From: Octopus bimaculoides | Taxonomy: Eukaryota | Direction of reading: 5' to 3' | Assembly: GCF_001194135.2 (NCBI RefSeq) | Contig: NC_068993.1 | Coordinates: 56,350,749 to 56,398,696 of the forward strand | DNA: 47,948 nt | Part shown: one piece after another, positions 34,247 to 46,399 of the stretch | Position numbering within the stretch: the first letter of the stretch is position 1 | How the letters are laid out: the number at the start of each line of letters is the position of its first letter | The notes under the pieces: model-generated | The model's input: the letters and a program-made list of their open reading frames with translations, nothing else | Told to the model about the DNA's origin: nothing | Database searches by the model: none | Program-made: the position numbers and the translations under genes

Positions 34247-34700
34247 TCTTCCCCTTCTCTCCCTCTCTTCCTCCTTCTCTCTCTCTCTTCCCCTTCTCTC
34301 CCTCTCTTCCTCCTTCTCTCTCTCTCTTCCCCCTTCTCTCCCTCTCTTCCTCCTTCTCTCTCTTCCCCCTTCTCTCCCTTTCTTCCTCCTTCTCTCTCTT
34401 CCCCCTTCTCTCCCTCTCTTCCTTCTCTCTCTCTATGATTTTCAATGAGATACAGTTTTAGAGGTAGGAAACTATGCTTTTTACAAGGCGAAGGAGAGAG
34501 AGAGAGAGAGATGGGAAGAGTGAGGGAGAGGGAGAGAAGAGAGGGGGAGAGAGAGAGGCAAAGAGAGGGAAAGCTAAGGAGAGAAGAGAGAAAGAGAAGG
34601 AGGAAGATAGAAACGGAGACAGGGAGAGAGAAAGAGTGTCAGAGTGAAAGAGCGAATTAGAACGAGTGAATGAGAGAGAGAGAGAAAGAGGAAAGAGTTT
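34247..34700 (+). repeat. Polypyrimidine ~35-40-bp minisatellite followed by a polypurine (GA-rich) tract
   Basis: ctcttccccttctctccctctcttcctccttctct repeats 4-5 times (34247-34435); GA tract at 34490-34700. Confidence 0.85.
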
Positions 34701-34749
34701 GATGGAATGCATAAAATATGTCAGCAGAAAAGAAATTATGAATAAAACG

Positions 34750-35265
34750 GCTTCTTTTTGGAGATTTGAAGTATCACCTGTTTGTCGTTGATTAGGACGT
34801 CCTCGCTCTCAGATAAATATCGCTTCCATCTTGATAAACGGCTCCCTTAAGGTTCCATCGGTGACCCGTCTTGATAAATGTTTCCCAGACACTACATGTA
34901 CAAGATAACATGTGCTATCACAACCTTTGATCGTCTGAGAAAAGTTGAGTTCGTCGTTGTGATCTGAATTGAACAACCAAGCTTAAGGGAACTATTGTAT
35001 CCACGCTTCTCTATACGGCTTTGAATCCGTGACATAGCTAGAAGTGGGAAATATATCATAACAGACGTCTGAATAAAATCAGGTATACAATTCTGTATTT
35101 CTGAAATGAGGATTTTTATATATTATGGAATTAGACAGAGTGGTATCAATCTCAGATGAAGTCACTAAGGTGTATCTCAGATAAAGTCACTAAAGTGTAT
35201 CACAAGACACCCGAAGAAGGCTGGAGCATACAACAGCCGAAACGTAGTCAAAACAACAACCAAGA
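34750..35265 (+). mobile_element. Probable Penelope-like relic ending in a hammerhead-like motif
   Basis: FDRLRKVEFVVVI*IEQPSLRELL weakly resembles the PLE RT-EN linker; ccgaaga-a-ggctg...cagcc-gaaacgtagtc at ~35210-35250. Confidence 0.45.
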
Positions 35266-35479
35266 TGAGGACACCAGTCCTATTAATACCATATGAAAAT
35301 ATGAAGAAATATGAAAATCAGGTGTATCTAGCGGGGAAGACAACAGAGGAATGGCGGTGTGTTCGGTCAATCAGATATTTCGTCTATCGAAAGCATGATT
35401 ATGCAACAACATTTTCGATGGGTTGGGTGTACTGTGTGAACGCGGGATATGACTGTGTGATAAAAGGAACTAGCATTGC

Positions 35480-35605
35480 AACCACGTGGTGTCAGGTTCA
35501 GTTCCACAGCGCTTCATTTTGGGCAAATGTCTTCTTGTACAGCATTCACGGGTCGACTAACGCCTTGTGAGTGAATTTGATGTATGGGAACTTTGCTGAA
35601 GCCCT
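35480..35605 (+). mobile_element. SINE family B, degenerate 5' part
   Basis: ggttcagttccac...tttgggcaaatgtcttc...gccttgtgagtgaatttg. Confidence 0.65.
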
Positions 35606-35661
35606 TCCCNNNNNNNNNNNNNNNNNNNNNNNNNNNNNNNNNNNNNNNNNNNNNNNNNNNN

Positions 35662-35697
<36 letters not shown>

Positions 35698-35698
35698 A

Positions 35699-35950
35699 CA
35701 GGGGTTGGACAAAATAATGGAAACACCTTAAAATTTCAAACAAATTTATTTTAATATGGGGTAGGACTGCCTTTGGCAATAATTACAGCTTGAATTCTAC
35801 GAGGTATGGACTCGTACAAAGTTTGAATTGTTCCCAAAGGAATTTTTGTCAATTCTTCAGCTAAAGCAGTCTCCAATTCTTGTAGTAATGATGGTGGAGG
35901 ATATCGACTCCTTACTTGTTTTTTTCTAAAATGCACCGTTGATCCAGTGG
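35699..35950 (-). mobile_element. Tc1-like transposon 3' end
   Basis: TIR caggggttggacaaaataatggaaacacc; C-terminus RYPPPSLLQELETALAEELTKIPLGTIQTLYESIPRRIQAVIIAKGSPTPY*. Confidence 0.85.
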
Positions 35951-36029
35951 AGCATCTAAAACGTGAGTGCTTGAGCAAGAGCATGCTACACTGGTTCTTT
36001 ATTTTATTGCATATGGAATGCATGAGAAG

Positions 36030-36130
36030 CAAAGTTGAAATTGTCGGGATTTGAACTCAGAAGTGAAGAGCCAGGACAATTATCACAAAGCGTTTATGTC
36101 TGACGCTCTACCGACTGCGCCAGTTCATTG
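36030..36130 (-). mobile_element. SINE family A 5' fragment
   Basis: aaagttgaaattgtcgggatttgaactcagaa resembles the reverse complement of the family A body. Confidence 0.6.
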
Positions 36131-37779
36131 CCCTTAAATGGACATACATAGATACGTTCACTGCATTCGTCCATTTAAATACACAACACACATACAGAGA
36201 CAAACACATGTACACATACATGTATTTACACATACACACGAATACAAATACACAAATGTCAATACCAATATAAACACAGACACACACACACACACACACG
36301 TACGCACACACACACACACAAACAGACACACACACACACACACAAATAGACAGATACACACCAACACATATACATAAACAGATACACACACATCTAAGAC
36401 ATACATACTGATGTACATTCATAAGCATAGAATTTCACTCACACATATACATGAATATAAATACATACACATGCACACACACATATGTACATATACAAAT
36501 TAATATACATACACACTCACACACACACACAAGCACACAGAGATCCCATCGCACGCACAAAAACATGCTGATATACACACCATGACAAATACACACACAC
36601 ATGCACTTACACATACACCACGCACAGAGGACTAATACACGTATACACACTCAGGACTAACATGCACACACACAAACACACACACACACATATACACACA
36701 AACGCACACACACTTATACACACACGCACATACACACACAGACTCAAGCACACTCACGTATAAACACGTTCAAACGTAAGGACCCCGCATGCATACACAA
36801 AGCTCAACACACACAGCGTTTCCCAAAATCCTACGCCATGGGAAAGTCAGACTGGTTTAAGAAACCCTCACCGCCAACCAACCCCTCTTCCTTCTGTTTG
36901 TGCCTCCTCCTTTCTCTTTGCCACACACACACACACACACACTCTCTCTCTCTCTTTCNNNNNNNNNNNNNNNNNNNNNNNNNNNNNNNNNNNNNNNNNN
37001 NNNNNNNNNNNNNNNNNNNNNNNNNNNNNNNNNNNNNNNNNNNNNNNNNNNNNNNNNNNNNNNNNNNNNNNNNNNNNNNNNNNNNNNNNNNNNNNNNNNN
37101 NNNNNNNNNNNNNNNNNNNNNNNNNNNNNNNNNNNNNNNNNNNNNNNNNNNNNNNNNNNNNNNNNNNNNNNNNNNNNNNNNNNNNNNNNNNNNNNNNNNN
37201 NNNNNNNNNNNNNNNNNNNNNNNNNNNNNNNNNNNNNNNNNNNNNNNNNNNNNNNNNNNNNNNNNNNNNNNNNNNNNNNNNNNNNNNNNNNNNNNNNNNN
37301 NNNNNNNNNNNNNNNNNNNNNNNNNNNNNNNNNNNNNNNNNNNNNNNNNNNNNNNNNNNNNNNNNNNNNNNNNNNNNNNNNNNNNNNNNNNNNNNNNNNN
37401 NNNNNNNNNNNNNNNNNNNNNNNNNNNNNNNNNNNNNNNNNNNNNNNNNNNNNNNNNNNNNNNNNNNNNNNNNNNNNNNNNNNNNNNNNNNNNNNNNNNN
37501 NNNNNNNNNNNNNNNNNNNNNNNNNNNNNNNNNNNNNNNNNNNNNNNNNNNNNNNNNNNNNNNNNNNNNNNNNNNNNNNNNNNNNNNNNNNNNNNNNNNN
37601 NNNNNNNNGTACGGGCCAATGCGAAAGGCCGTACATCGTCACTCAACCTGCTAGAAATAGCAACGAAATCTCCCTTGAATTACACTACATCTTAAACAAG
37701 AGAAGGCTACGCTAGGTCATGGCGGTAGACTTCGATACCCGCCTCGAGATTCTGTTGCAAATCTCGACCACGTTTTTCC

Positions 37780-38030
37780 TTTATTTGTTTCAGTCTTTAG
37801 ACTGCAATTGCGGCCATGCTGGGGCACGCACCGCCATGAAGAACCTTAATTGAATGAATCGACTCCAGGGTTTATGTGCTCATTATTTTAAAACTTGGTT
37901 CTTATTCTATCGGTCTCTTTTGCCGAACCACTAGGCTACGGAGACGTAAAGACGCCAACACCAGTCGTCACAGACAGACACACATACACACACACGACGG
38001 GATTCTTTCAGTTTCCGTCTACCAAATACT
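37780..38030 (-). mobile_element. SINE family B, internally shortened
   Basis: tttgtttcagtc...gcggccatgctggggcac...ttctttcagtttccgtctaccaaat. Confidence 0.75.
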
Positions 38031-38278
38031 GAACGAAATGTTTCTTTATGTCTGAGATTCCACCGTTTCGTGTTATATGCGGTGCCTGAACCAGAATAGT
38101 CATGAGTTTGAAAACATTCATAAAAAAATTAAATATTCTGCCTGTAGATTCTATTAAATTTGAAAATGAAATTTATCTGAATAAACGCAGACAATGCAAA
38201 AATTCACTCTGTACGCATTTTTGGGACTCCCCCACATTTACATATGTATACACACACACACAATATACATATATGTAT

Positions 38279-38309
<31 letters not shown>

Positions 38310-38854
38310 CACACACACACACACATATATATGTATACACACACACATATAGGATTTCTTTGAAATACTTAACTCTCTCTTCCATCATCTGTCAGGAAAA
38401 AAAATGGCTATTTAACTCCAGTCCTGCAGATTGTTGAAGAATCAGCATTTCAAGAAAAATGTATTGCAACATTCAGCCGAAAATATTTCATGATTCATCA
38501 CAATGAAACAGGATAATCTAAGCATAATCCGAATGCTTTTATCTCGACCATCCCTTGAGTACCTTAACCAAAGTTCTCATTGGCTGGATGATGGAATATC
38601 CAATAGCTGCCGAGATTTCTTCAACCGATTGTTGGCCAGAAGTTAGTGGGTTTTTGTGAGTGACTTTGAAGGCACTCAAGTGATTTTTCTATGTATGGGG
38701 TGTAAAGTGACTGTGTGTGTAAAATGTCACAATACCCCATGGTGGGTTTCATTCGAGATTTGCAAAGAGTTCGCAGTTGATGGATGTATGTGAAGTGTTT
38801 GGTAACCTTAAAAAAAAAGCAGTCTTTATATTGCAGTCTTTGATGTTTTCTCTT

Positions 38855-39026
38855 TAACTTGTTTCAGTCTTTAGACTACGGCCATGTTGGGGCACCACTT
38901 TGAACAATTTTAGTCGAACGAATCGACTTGTTTTTCAAAGCCTAGTACTTATTCCATCGGTCACTTATGCCGAACCGCAAAGTTATGGGGACGTAAATGC
39001 ACCAACACCACTTGTGAAACAGTAGT

Positions 39027-39067
<41 letters not shown>

Positions 39068-39215
39068 GACGGGCTTCTTTCAGTTTCCATCAATCAAATC
39101 CACTCATTAGGTTTCGGTCGGCCCAAGGCTATAGTAGAAGACACTTGCCCAAAGTGTCACGTAGTCGGAAAGAACTCGGAACCATGTGGTTGGGAAGCAA
39201 AGTTCTAACCAGACA
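38855..39215 (-). mobile_element. SINE family B, near full length
   Basis: Tail at 38855, internal (CA)n and head reverse complement at ~39180-39215. Confidence 0.85.
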
Positions 39216-39449
39216 GCCACGTCTGTTGAGGAGACGAGATTGCTTGACAAATACGACAGTAATGATGAGGACTAGCATTTGTAGTGATCTGGACAATCGC
39301 ATTTGCATACTTCTGGTTAGGACAAGGGCTGGTATATAATCTTCTTCATATGTGTAGTGATTATGTTTTGGTGTTGTTGAAAGAGACAAGATTGGTATAA
39401 CCTAACTGGAGGATTTTCGAGATCTCTGCTCATGGATGGAGAGCAGTTC

Positions 39450-39564
39450 TGGCATGAGATAACTGGATTGCATGGAGATGCAGTGCAGATTTGGCACGAG
39501 ATAATTAGATTGCATGTAGATGCAATGCAGATATGGCTATAGATAACTGGATTGCATATAGATG
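39450..39564 (+). repeat. 42-bp minisatellite, 2.7 units
   Basis: tggc...agataa.t.gattgcat..agatg starts at 39450, 39492 and 39534. Confidence 0.9.
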
Positions 39565-39902
39565 AGGCGTAGGCGAGGAATGTTAGCGAGTGGTTTCGAT
39601 TGCGTAAGTTGGGATGGGAAATAAATTGTTGGGTTGTCGATGTGTATCAGTAAGAGGGTGGAAAAAAAAAGCTGAACGTTGGGATATACGTTTCCTCTAA
39701 CTTTTTTTTGCTGTGGGTGTGTGCAGAGATTTGCTTGTGGGCAAAGTTTGTCTTTCTTTGCAACGTGTATGCAGATCCACCCGAGTAACCATCTCTCAAA
39801 TTTATTCAATTAAAAAAAAAAAAATAATTTCATGTTGAAAACCTTATGTGTACACACTGTGTTCTTTTTCCTAGTAAAACGTGCGCGCGCATAAGTGTAC
39901 AG

Positions 39903-40160
39903 CAGTGGCTACCAAACTCTTTCAGGGCGCTGCCCCCTTGACTACCCAGGTCACATTCCTAGCGCCCCCTCCCCACTCACCACCACAAACGTAGACCACT
40001 TTCTGCAGCAAATTCAAAACATCCATATTTCACAAATAAAACTTAACTCATAATTTTTTACATCGATCACTCCCTTTTGGCCAATCCATCATTGCCTCAA
40101 CTTTCTTCAACGCCCCCTGGATATTTCTACCGTCCCAAACGGGGCAGTACCGCCCACTTT
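39903..40160. mobile_element. hAT-type MITE fragment
   Basis: Starts cagtggctaccaaact; GC-rich gcccc subterminal blocks at both ends; right TIR decayed. Confidence 0.5.
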
Positions 40161-40499
40161 AGGGGTTTAGACAGAAGATTTCTTGAAGTATGCCAGTGTT
40201 GATACAGTATGGATCAGGGACCACTCTATTAGCACATACTGCGATGGTGCAATCTGATAGAAAACTACAGATCTCAGAGCTGAGACACTGACAGTTCAGC
40301 TAGGATTTTAGCATGTCAAATATGGTTAAATGCTTTACTGTTTGTTGTAAAGTACACCAGCACCGTACTAACCAAATTTATCAAGAGCATGGCCCTACCT
40401 GCGAATAGGCCACTAGTTGATCGAGTTTCATGGAAGCTGCATTAGGAGTAATTGAAGAAGGAGAAGGATTCAAAGTGTCAGAGAAAATGATATTCAACG

Positions 40500-41340
40500 A
40501 CAATCTCTATCATTTTTGCGAGTGAAATTAAATCCGATAGTTGGCTGGATTAGAGAGATTAACCTTCTAGATAACACTATAATGTGTTTCGAAGATCGGG
40601 GTAGACTCATAGAGAGTGAGACAAGACGAGAAGAAAAGGAAATAGAGAGTAAGTATATTATTGCAGAATTTGGCAAAGAGACAGACAAGATGTGGGGTAA
40701 TTGTCAGAGAAGATTAGAAGGGAGTTTGTAAGGGCCGGTGGACTTGTTTCTTTGAAACCATCTGAGGTGCTTACACACTTGGAATGTTAGCGTTTGTGTA
40801 CGACGTGAGGAGGATGCATGCCTAAGAAGTTGGTTTCGGTTACACGCTTATATATTTCTGATGAGTCAGAGGTGAAGCACGTGCAGCACCAGTGTTAGTT
40901 AGCTTAGAACTGACAGAGATTCTGTCAGTCAGTTGATGTGTGGTGCGACGGGTCCCTCGGAAGATGGGGTTGAGGACGTTGCGTAGTATGTAGATGTGTG
41001 ATGAGATAAAGCAGGGGTCGGACGACCCAGTAGATGCAGAAACTGTTATGTAAAGAGTTGAGGTCAGCAAGCGATTCCATTTCTGTCGTGGTGGCATCAT
41101 AGTGGTGGAATGCGTGCGAGGAGAGCCGAGAAAAGCGGTGAAAAGCGGTGAAGTCACTGAGGACAATAACACCAGAAGGGAGTGAAATATGATAGATATC
41201 CCCGATGCAGCAAAAGATATGGTCGAGGAGTTGTAGGTGGTTGGAGGAATCTGAAGAACGATGGTAGAAGCGGATGTATTCAGAGGAGTGGAGAAGGTGA
41301 TGTTTTTGTTACTGAACGTCGTTGTGGCTGGTACCCACAA
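40500..41340 (-). mobile_element. Possible highly decayed Penelope-like RT/GIY-YIG relic
   Basis: Weak colinear motifs: CIGDIYHI (cf. YIDDIF), PIFRGTRR...SVSSKL, KYISV.TET and RLISLIQPTIGFN (cf. LI..L.TL.P.GLN); many frameshifts. Confidence 0.4.
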
Positions 41341-41939
41341 GAGAGGGGTGAGTGGTGGGAATATCAGAATCTACACATCACACTATATTACACCGCACAC
41401 ATACACACTCACACTCAAACGGGTGTATCTATGTGCGTGTGTATGTATATTCTCGATAAAACGACAAATATGTACTTTACACTGTATGCTATAGTTAGTG
41501 CTCAATGAACACTTGCATAAATTATAATTCATTTGAGAATATGATATAAACCTAGAGAGTGAATGAATAGACGGAAAAAAGTTAACGACTGATACATGAT
41601 ATAAAGTATGTATGGATGACCTTACCTCATAGAATGTCTTTAACAACATCGCATTCTGTTTCGGGGACCGTATTTCTCTTCAGGTGGAGTAAAAAGACAG
41701 AATTCCTTTGTAACGAATACTCATGTGAGGCGTTAGTTACTACTGGAACGGATAAAAGGGACACGATTCTATAACCAAATTAGATAAAACTGTCTTACGA
41801 AACAGAACCACCTGAAAGCGCTCAACATGGAATTAACTTCATAGGAACATACACGCTTGGTATTAAAATATATACGCATTCCACAGAGTGTGTCGTAGTT
41901 AGTTTTAACGAGATAGTTTTCAATAAAGGTATACAACAA

Positions 41940-41993
<54 letters not shown>

Positions 41994-42768
41994 GCAAATA
42001 TACATAATTCAGTGAAGCATGCAAGTTTGGATAACTCCGGTTGNNNNNNNNNNNNNNNNNNNNNNNNNNNNNNNNNNNNNNNNNNNNNNNNNNNNNNNNN
42101 NNNNNNNNNNNNNNNNNNNNNNNNNNNNNNNNNNNNNNNNNNNNNNNNNNNNNNNNNNNNNNNNNNNNNNNNNNNNNNNNNNNNNNNNNNNNNNNNNNNN
42201 NNNNNNNNNNNNNNNNNNNNNNNNNNNNNNNNNNNNNNNNNNNNNNNNNNNNNNNNNNNNNNNNNNNNNNNNNNNNNNNNNNNNNNNNNNNNNNNNNNNN
42301 NNNNNNNNNNNNNNNNNNNNNNNNNNNNNNNNNNNNNNNNNNNNNNNNNNNNNNNNNNNNNNNNNNNNNNNNNNNNNNNNNNNNNNNNNNNNNNNNNNNN
42401 NNNNNNNNNNNNNNNNNNNNNNNNNNNNNNNNNNNNNNNNNNNNNNNNNNNNNNNNNNNNNNNNNNNNNNNNNNNNNNNNNNNNNNNNNNNNNNNNNNNN
42501 NNNNNNNNNNNNNNNNNNNNNNNNNNNNNNNNNNNNNNNNNNNNNNNNNNNNNNNNNNNNNNNNNNNNNNNNNNNNNNNNNNNNNNNNNNNNNNNNNNNN
42601 NNNNNNNNNNNNNNNNNNNNNNNNNNNNNNNNNNNNNNNNNNNNNNNNNNNNNNNNNNNNNNNNNNNNNNNNNNNNNNNNNNNNNNNNNNNNNNNNNNNN
42701 NNNNNNNNNNNNNNNNNNNNNNNNNNNNNNNNNNNNNNNNNNNNNNNNNNNNNNNNNNNNNNNNNNNN

Positions 42769-43310
42769 AGCACACATTCACATTCTGCGCGCGATTCGAC
42801 TCCTCGGGAAGTTTGTGAGGAACCCATTGACTCAATTTGCTGACTTTTCCGATGACACGCAGGTGTCGATGAATTGTTGAATGACCAAATCCAAGCTTCT
42901 CTGCTAGTTCCTCAACAGTTACGATGGGATTTTTGTTGCACCAGGGTTTGCAGGACGTCCTCTTTGAGCTCTACAGATCTTTTAGGACGAGGCTCGTCTT
43001 CTAGGCTGTAGTTTCCAGCTCGGAATTTCTGGAACCACCACTGACTCTGGCTTATGCTTATTGTCTGATCCCCATATACTGCATTAATATTCCTTGCACT
43101 TTCCATTGCGTTGTTGCCTTTATTGAACTCAAAGCAAAATATGCTTTTTACTACTTCTATTATAGCTTTGAAAAAATAACTATTGAAATCAAACTGAACT
43201 CTTCAAAACTTGCAATAAAGATAAGAACATGATAATATTACTACCTGCTTTTATAGCAAGTTGATGCAGGTAGTTTATCCCCCACCCCAACTTTTCGTTC
43301 ATGCAATTGA
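42769..43310 (-). mobile_element. mariner relic, 5' part running into a gap
   Basis: ARNINAVYGDQTIS...WWFQKFRAGNYSLEDEPR; GHSTIHRHLRVIGKVSKLSQWVPHKL (WVPHEL-like motif). Confidence 0.85.
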
Positions 43311-43984
43311 AAAAGCCATTTTTAAATTTATTGTACCACCTTACAGAATTTGTTAATTCATTTTTAAATCAAACTTTGTGGCACCATGGTTCATTCAAGT
43401 AACAAGTTGTTACATAATGACGAGTGAATAAACTTGAAAACAAGCCACTATGCATACACACATAGATACATACATACATACATACATACATACATNNNNN
43501 NNNNNTATATATATGTATATATATATATATGTATATATGTATATGTATATATATGATGTGTATATATGCATGTACACATGTTAATTCAATAAACTCGAAA
43601 GCAAACCATTATGCGTTCTCATTTACCGTTTCACCCTGACTCCTACTATTACCCTTGAGGCAGACCACTTCACCACATCCATTTTAACTCCGTTACCGTC
43701 CTTGAGTGTAGCTGTCCCCAAATACACATTAGCAGCACTCAACCCTCCCCTACCACCACCACCACATTTCATTCACAATGTACCCACACCAGCCCATTCA
43801 CAAATTTTTTTTTATATCCTCTCCTCATTCATTAATATAATTAAAGTCACAAACAAGTATGTTTTTCTAATTATCACATTACGCTACCCTACCTCGCCAA
43901 ACACCATCTCTATAGCCGACATTTTAAATTCATTGTAAGTTAGTTAAATATAGCACAATTATTGTAGTTTTTCGTAAACTTATA

Positions 43985-44213
43985 TTTTCCGACGCTACTC
44001 TATCTCTTTCTCTTCCTCTATCATTTTCCCCCTCTCGTTCTTCCTCTTTACTACTACGTATCTCGCTTTATCCCTCTCGTTCTTCCTCTGTTACTTCTAC
44101 GTATCTCTTTTTTTCCCCCTCGTACTTCCTCTCTTTCTCTTTTCCTCTCGTTGCTCACCTATTCTTCTACTTCCTCCCTTTGTTTCTCCCTCTACCACTC
44201 TCTCTCTTCCCCT
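43985..44213 (+). repeat. Pyrimidine-rich ~41-bp minisatellite
   Basis: ccctctcgttcttcctct.ttact.ctacgtatctc repeats about 2.5 times. Confidence 0.75.
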
Positions 44214-44285
44214 TACACCGGCATGGTCACATGCTTCCGGTCAATAATCCTTTTCTTCCTTGGCTATCGCCGAGCAAACACGCGT
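44214..44285 (+). repeat. Copy of the 111-180 repeat end
   Basis: tacaccggcatggtcacatgcttccggtcaataatcc is identical to the reverse complement of 144-180. Confidence 0.65.
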
Positions 44286-45616
44286 NNNNNNNNNNNNNNN
44301 NNNNNNNNNNNNNNNNNNNNNNNNNNNNNNNNNNNNNNNNNNNNNNNNNNNNNNNNNNNNNNNNNNNNNNNNNNNNNNNNNNNNNNNNNNNNNNNNNNNN
44401 NNNNNNNNNNNNNNNNNNNNNNNNNNNNNNNNNNNNNNNNNNNNNNNNNNNNNNNNNNNNNNNNNNNNNNNNNNNNNNNNNNNNNNNNNNNNNNNNNNNN
44501 NNNNNNNNNNNNNNNNNNNNNNNNNNNNNNNNNNNNNNNNNNNNNNNNNNNNNNNNNNNNNNNNNNNNNNNNNNNNNNNNNNNNNNNNNNNNNNNNNNNN
44601 NNNNNNNNNNNNNNNNNNNNNNNNNNNNNNNNNNNNNNNNNNNNNNNNNNNNNNNNNNNNNNNNNNNNNNNNNNNNNNNNNNNNNNNNNNNNNNNNNNNN
44701 NNNNNNNNNNNNNNNNNNNNNNNNNNNNNNNNNNNNNNNNNNNNNNNNNNNNNNNNNNNNNNNNNNNNNNNNNNNNNNNNNNNNNNNNNNNNNNNNNNNN
44801 NNNNNNNNNNNNNNNNNNNNNNNNNNNNNNNNNNNNNNNNNNNNNNNNNNNNNNNNNNNNNNNNNNNNNNNNNNNNNNNNNNNNNNNNNNNNNNNNNNNN
44901 NNNNNNNNNNNNNNNNNNNNNNNNNNNNNNNNNNNNNNNNNNNNNNNNNNNNNNNNNNNNNNNNNNNNNNNNNNNNNNNNNNNNTATATATATATATATA
45001 TATATGTGTGGCAGCCTAACACCCCATATGTAAGTACGCCCACGCAATCTCAGACAAAATACTACCTAAAAATAAACCAGGTCCCTTGAAAATCAAAGCA
45101 AACCACACTACATCCCCCTCCACCCAACAAATAAACCAAAAAAAGAAATAAAATGAAAAAAAAATGAACCTAACCACATCAAATGAATACTTACTTGAAC
45201 CCAACTACATTTGCTCTAAAATTGGTAGACGGAAACTGAAAGAAGCTCGTCGTGTGTGTGTGCGTTTGTCCTCAACCATCCTTTATATATATATATATAT
45301 AATATACAAATGATATGTGAGCATATATGTACATACCTACATCTACATGTATATATAGATGCATATCTGGNNNNNNNNNNTATGTATGTATGTATGTATT
45401 TATGAACGCCGGCAATGTTTAGAGAGTTTCAATGCTCGAATGATGTTCCGAACCTTGCAATGTGACTACTGGTGGTGGTGGGGGGAGGCACCTTAACCCT
45501 TTTAATCCTTACAATAAAGTCAACACATGTATTCAGAGCTCATTGACATAACAGCACTCGCTGCACTTAACCGATTCTTCTCAGAGAAACAATCACTGTC
45601 ATTGTTTTGCCGTTTC

Positions 45617-45617
45617 C

Positions 45618-45716
<99 letters not shown>

Positions 45717-46010
45717 TCTGACACACGCTCTCTCTTTCACTCGCTCCATTTGTCTGTCTATATATCAATGTGGGTGTATAGACACGCCTGTAGGTATGTA
45801 TGCATGCATGTATGTATGTATGTGTGTACGTATGTAATGTGTATGTATGCATGTGTGAATGTATGTATGTGTGTATGTGTGTGTATGTGTATGTAAGTGT
45901 ATGTATGTATGTATGTGTCTATGTATGCATGTGTGTGTATGTATGTATGTGTGTGTGTGTATGTGTGTATGTATGTACGTATGTATGTATGTATGTATGT
46001 ATGTATGTGC
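45617..46010 (+). repeat. (CT)n and (TATG/TGTA)n microsatellites
   Basis: Visible directly in the sequence. Confidence 0.95.
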
Positions 46011-46399
46011 ACGGACGCGGAAATGCCTGGGTTGGTGTCCAGGCGCGCGGTAGGCTCACTGGGAGTGGAAAGCCTCTCTGTTGTTGCCACAACATCTCGC
46101 TAGGAGAGGAAAACTCTGAGAGGAAACCTGCGAAACTGAGAACATTCGCTGGTGTAGACTAGTTCTTCTTTTTGAGTTTATGTTGTCCATGTTCAGAGAG
46201 TGGCACTAGATTTGTGCAGCTCCTTTCTCTACTATAAAAAATAATCATGTACAGGCATCGCTTGAAAAAAAAAGTATGACCTATGACAAAAATGGCTGGT
46301 CGTAGCCCTCGTATGTGCGGGACTTTCGATCAGGCGATGGCAATACTCGAACACAAGTTTGCAGTCATCATGTATGTATGTCTCTTCTATTTTTTAATA

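Larger units (their letters stand above)
2691..45380. other. Assembly gaps: 16 N runs, about 6.6 kb in total
   Basis: Approximate N runs: 2691-3086, 4317-4989, 5291-5300, 5959-6167, 14464-14947, 17966-18526, 19281-19699, 23349-24126, 31372-31722, 33659-34246, 35610-35661, 36959-37608, 42044-42768, 43496-43505, 44286-44985, 45371-45380. Most abut microsatellites, typical of a short-read assembly. Confidence 0.97.

Noticed and set aside
39770-39800. WLLGWIC as a GPCR extracellular loop 1 motif linked to the TM7-like fragment
   Set aside because: It is in a different frame and only ~70 codons from NPxxY, far too close for TM3-to-TM7 spacing.
41626-41690. 52-nt minus-strand exon (EIRSPKQNAMLLKTFYE, donor GAG|GTAAGG) or, alternatively, a ctgaaga...cgaaac hammerhead remnant
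   Set aside because: The donor is good and phase-compatible with the 156-nt exon, but the acceptor (GAAG) is weak. The hammerhead reading lacks helices I and III. Neither is supportable without RNA data.
2559-45089. Long ORFs in the track (178-380 aa) containing X runs or YIYI/CVCV/THTH repeats
   Set aside because: They stay open only because N gaps and dinucleotide repeats contain no stop codons; they are not coding evidence.
45195-45215. 21-nt microexon (SKCSWVQ) on the minus strand
   Set aside because: The acceptor is supplied by a SINE fragment, and short AG...GTAAGT spacings arise often by chance.
46010-46140. GC-rich fragment (gcctgg/ccaggc stem; ggagaggaaaactctga) as an HDV-like ribozyme
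   Set aside because: It resembles a LINE 5' UTR fragment, but I could not build the nested double pseudoknot by eye; an Infernal search would be needed.
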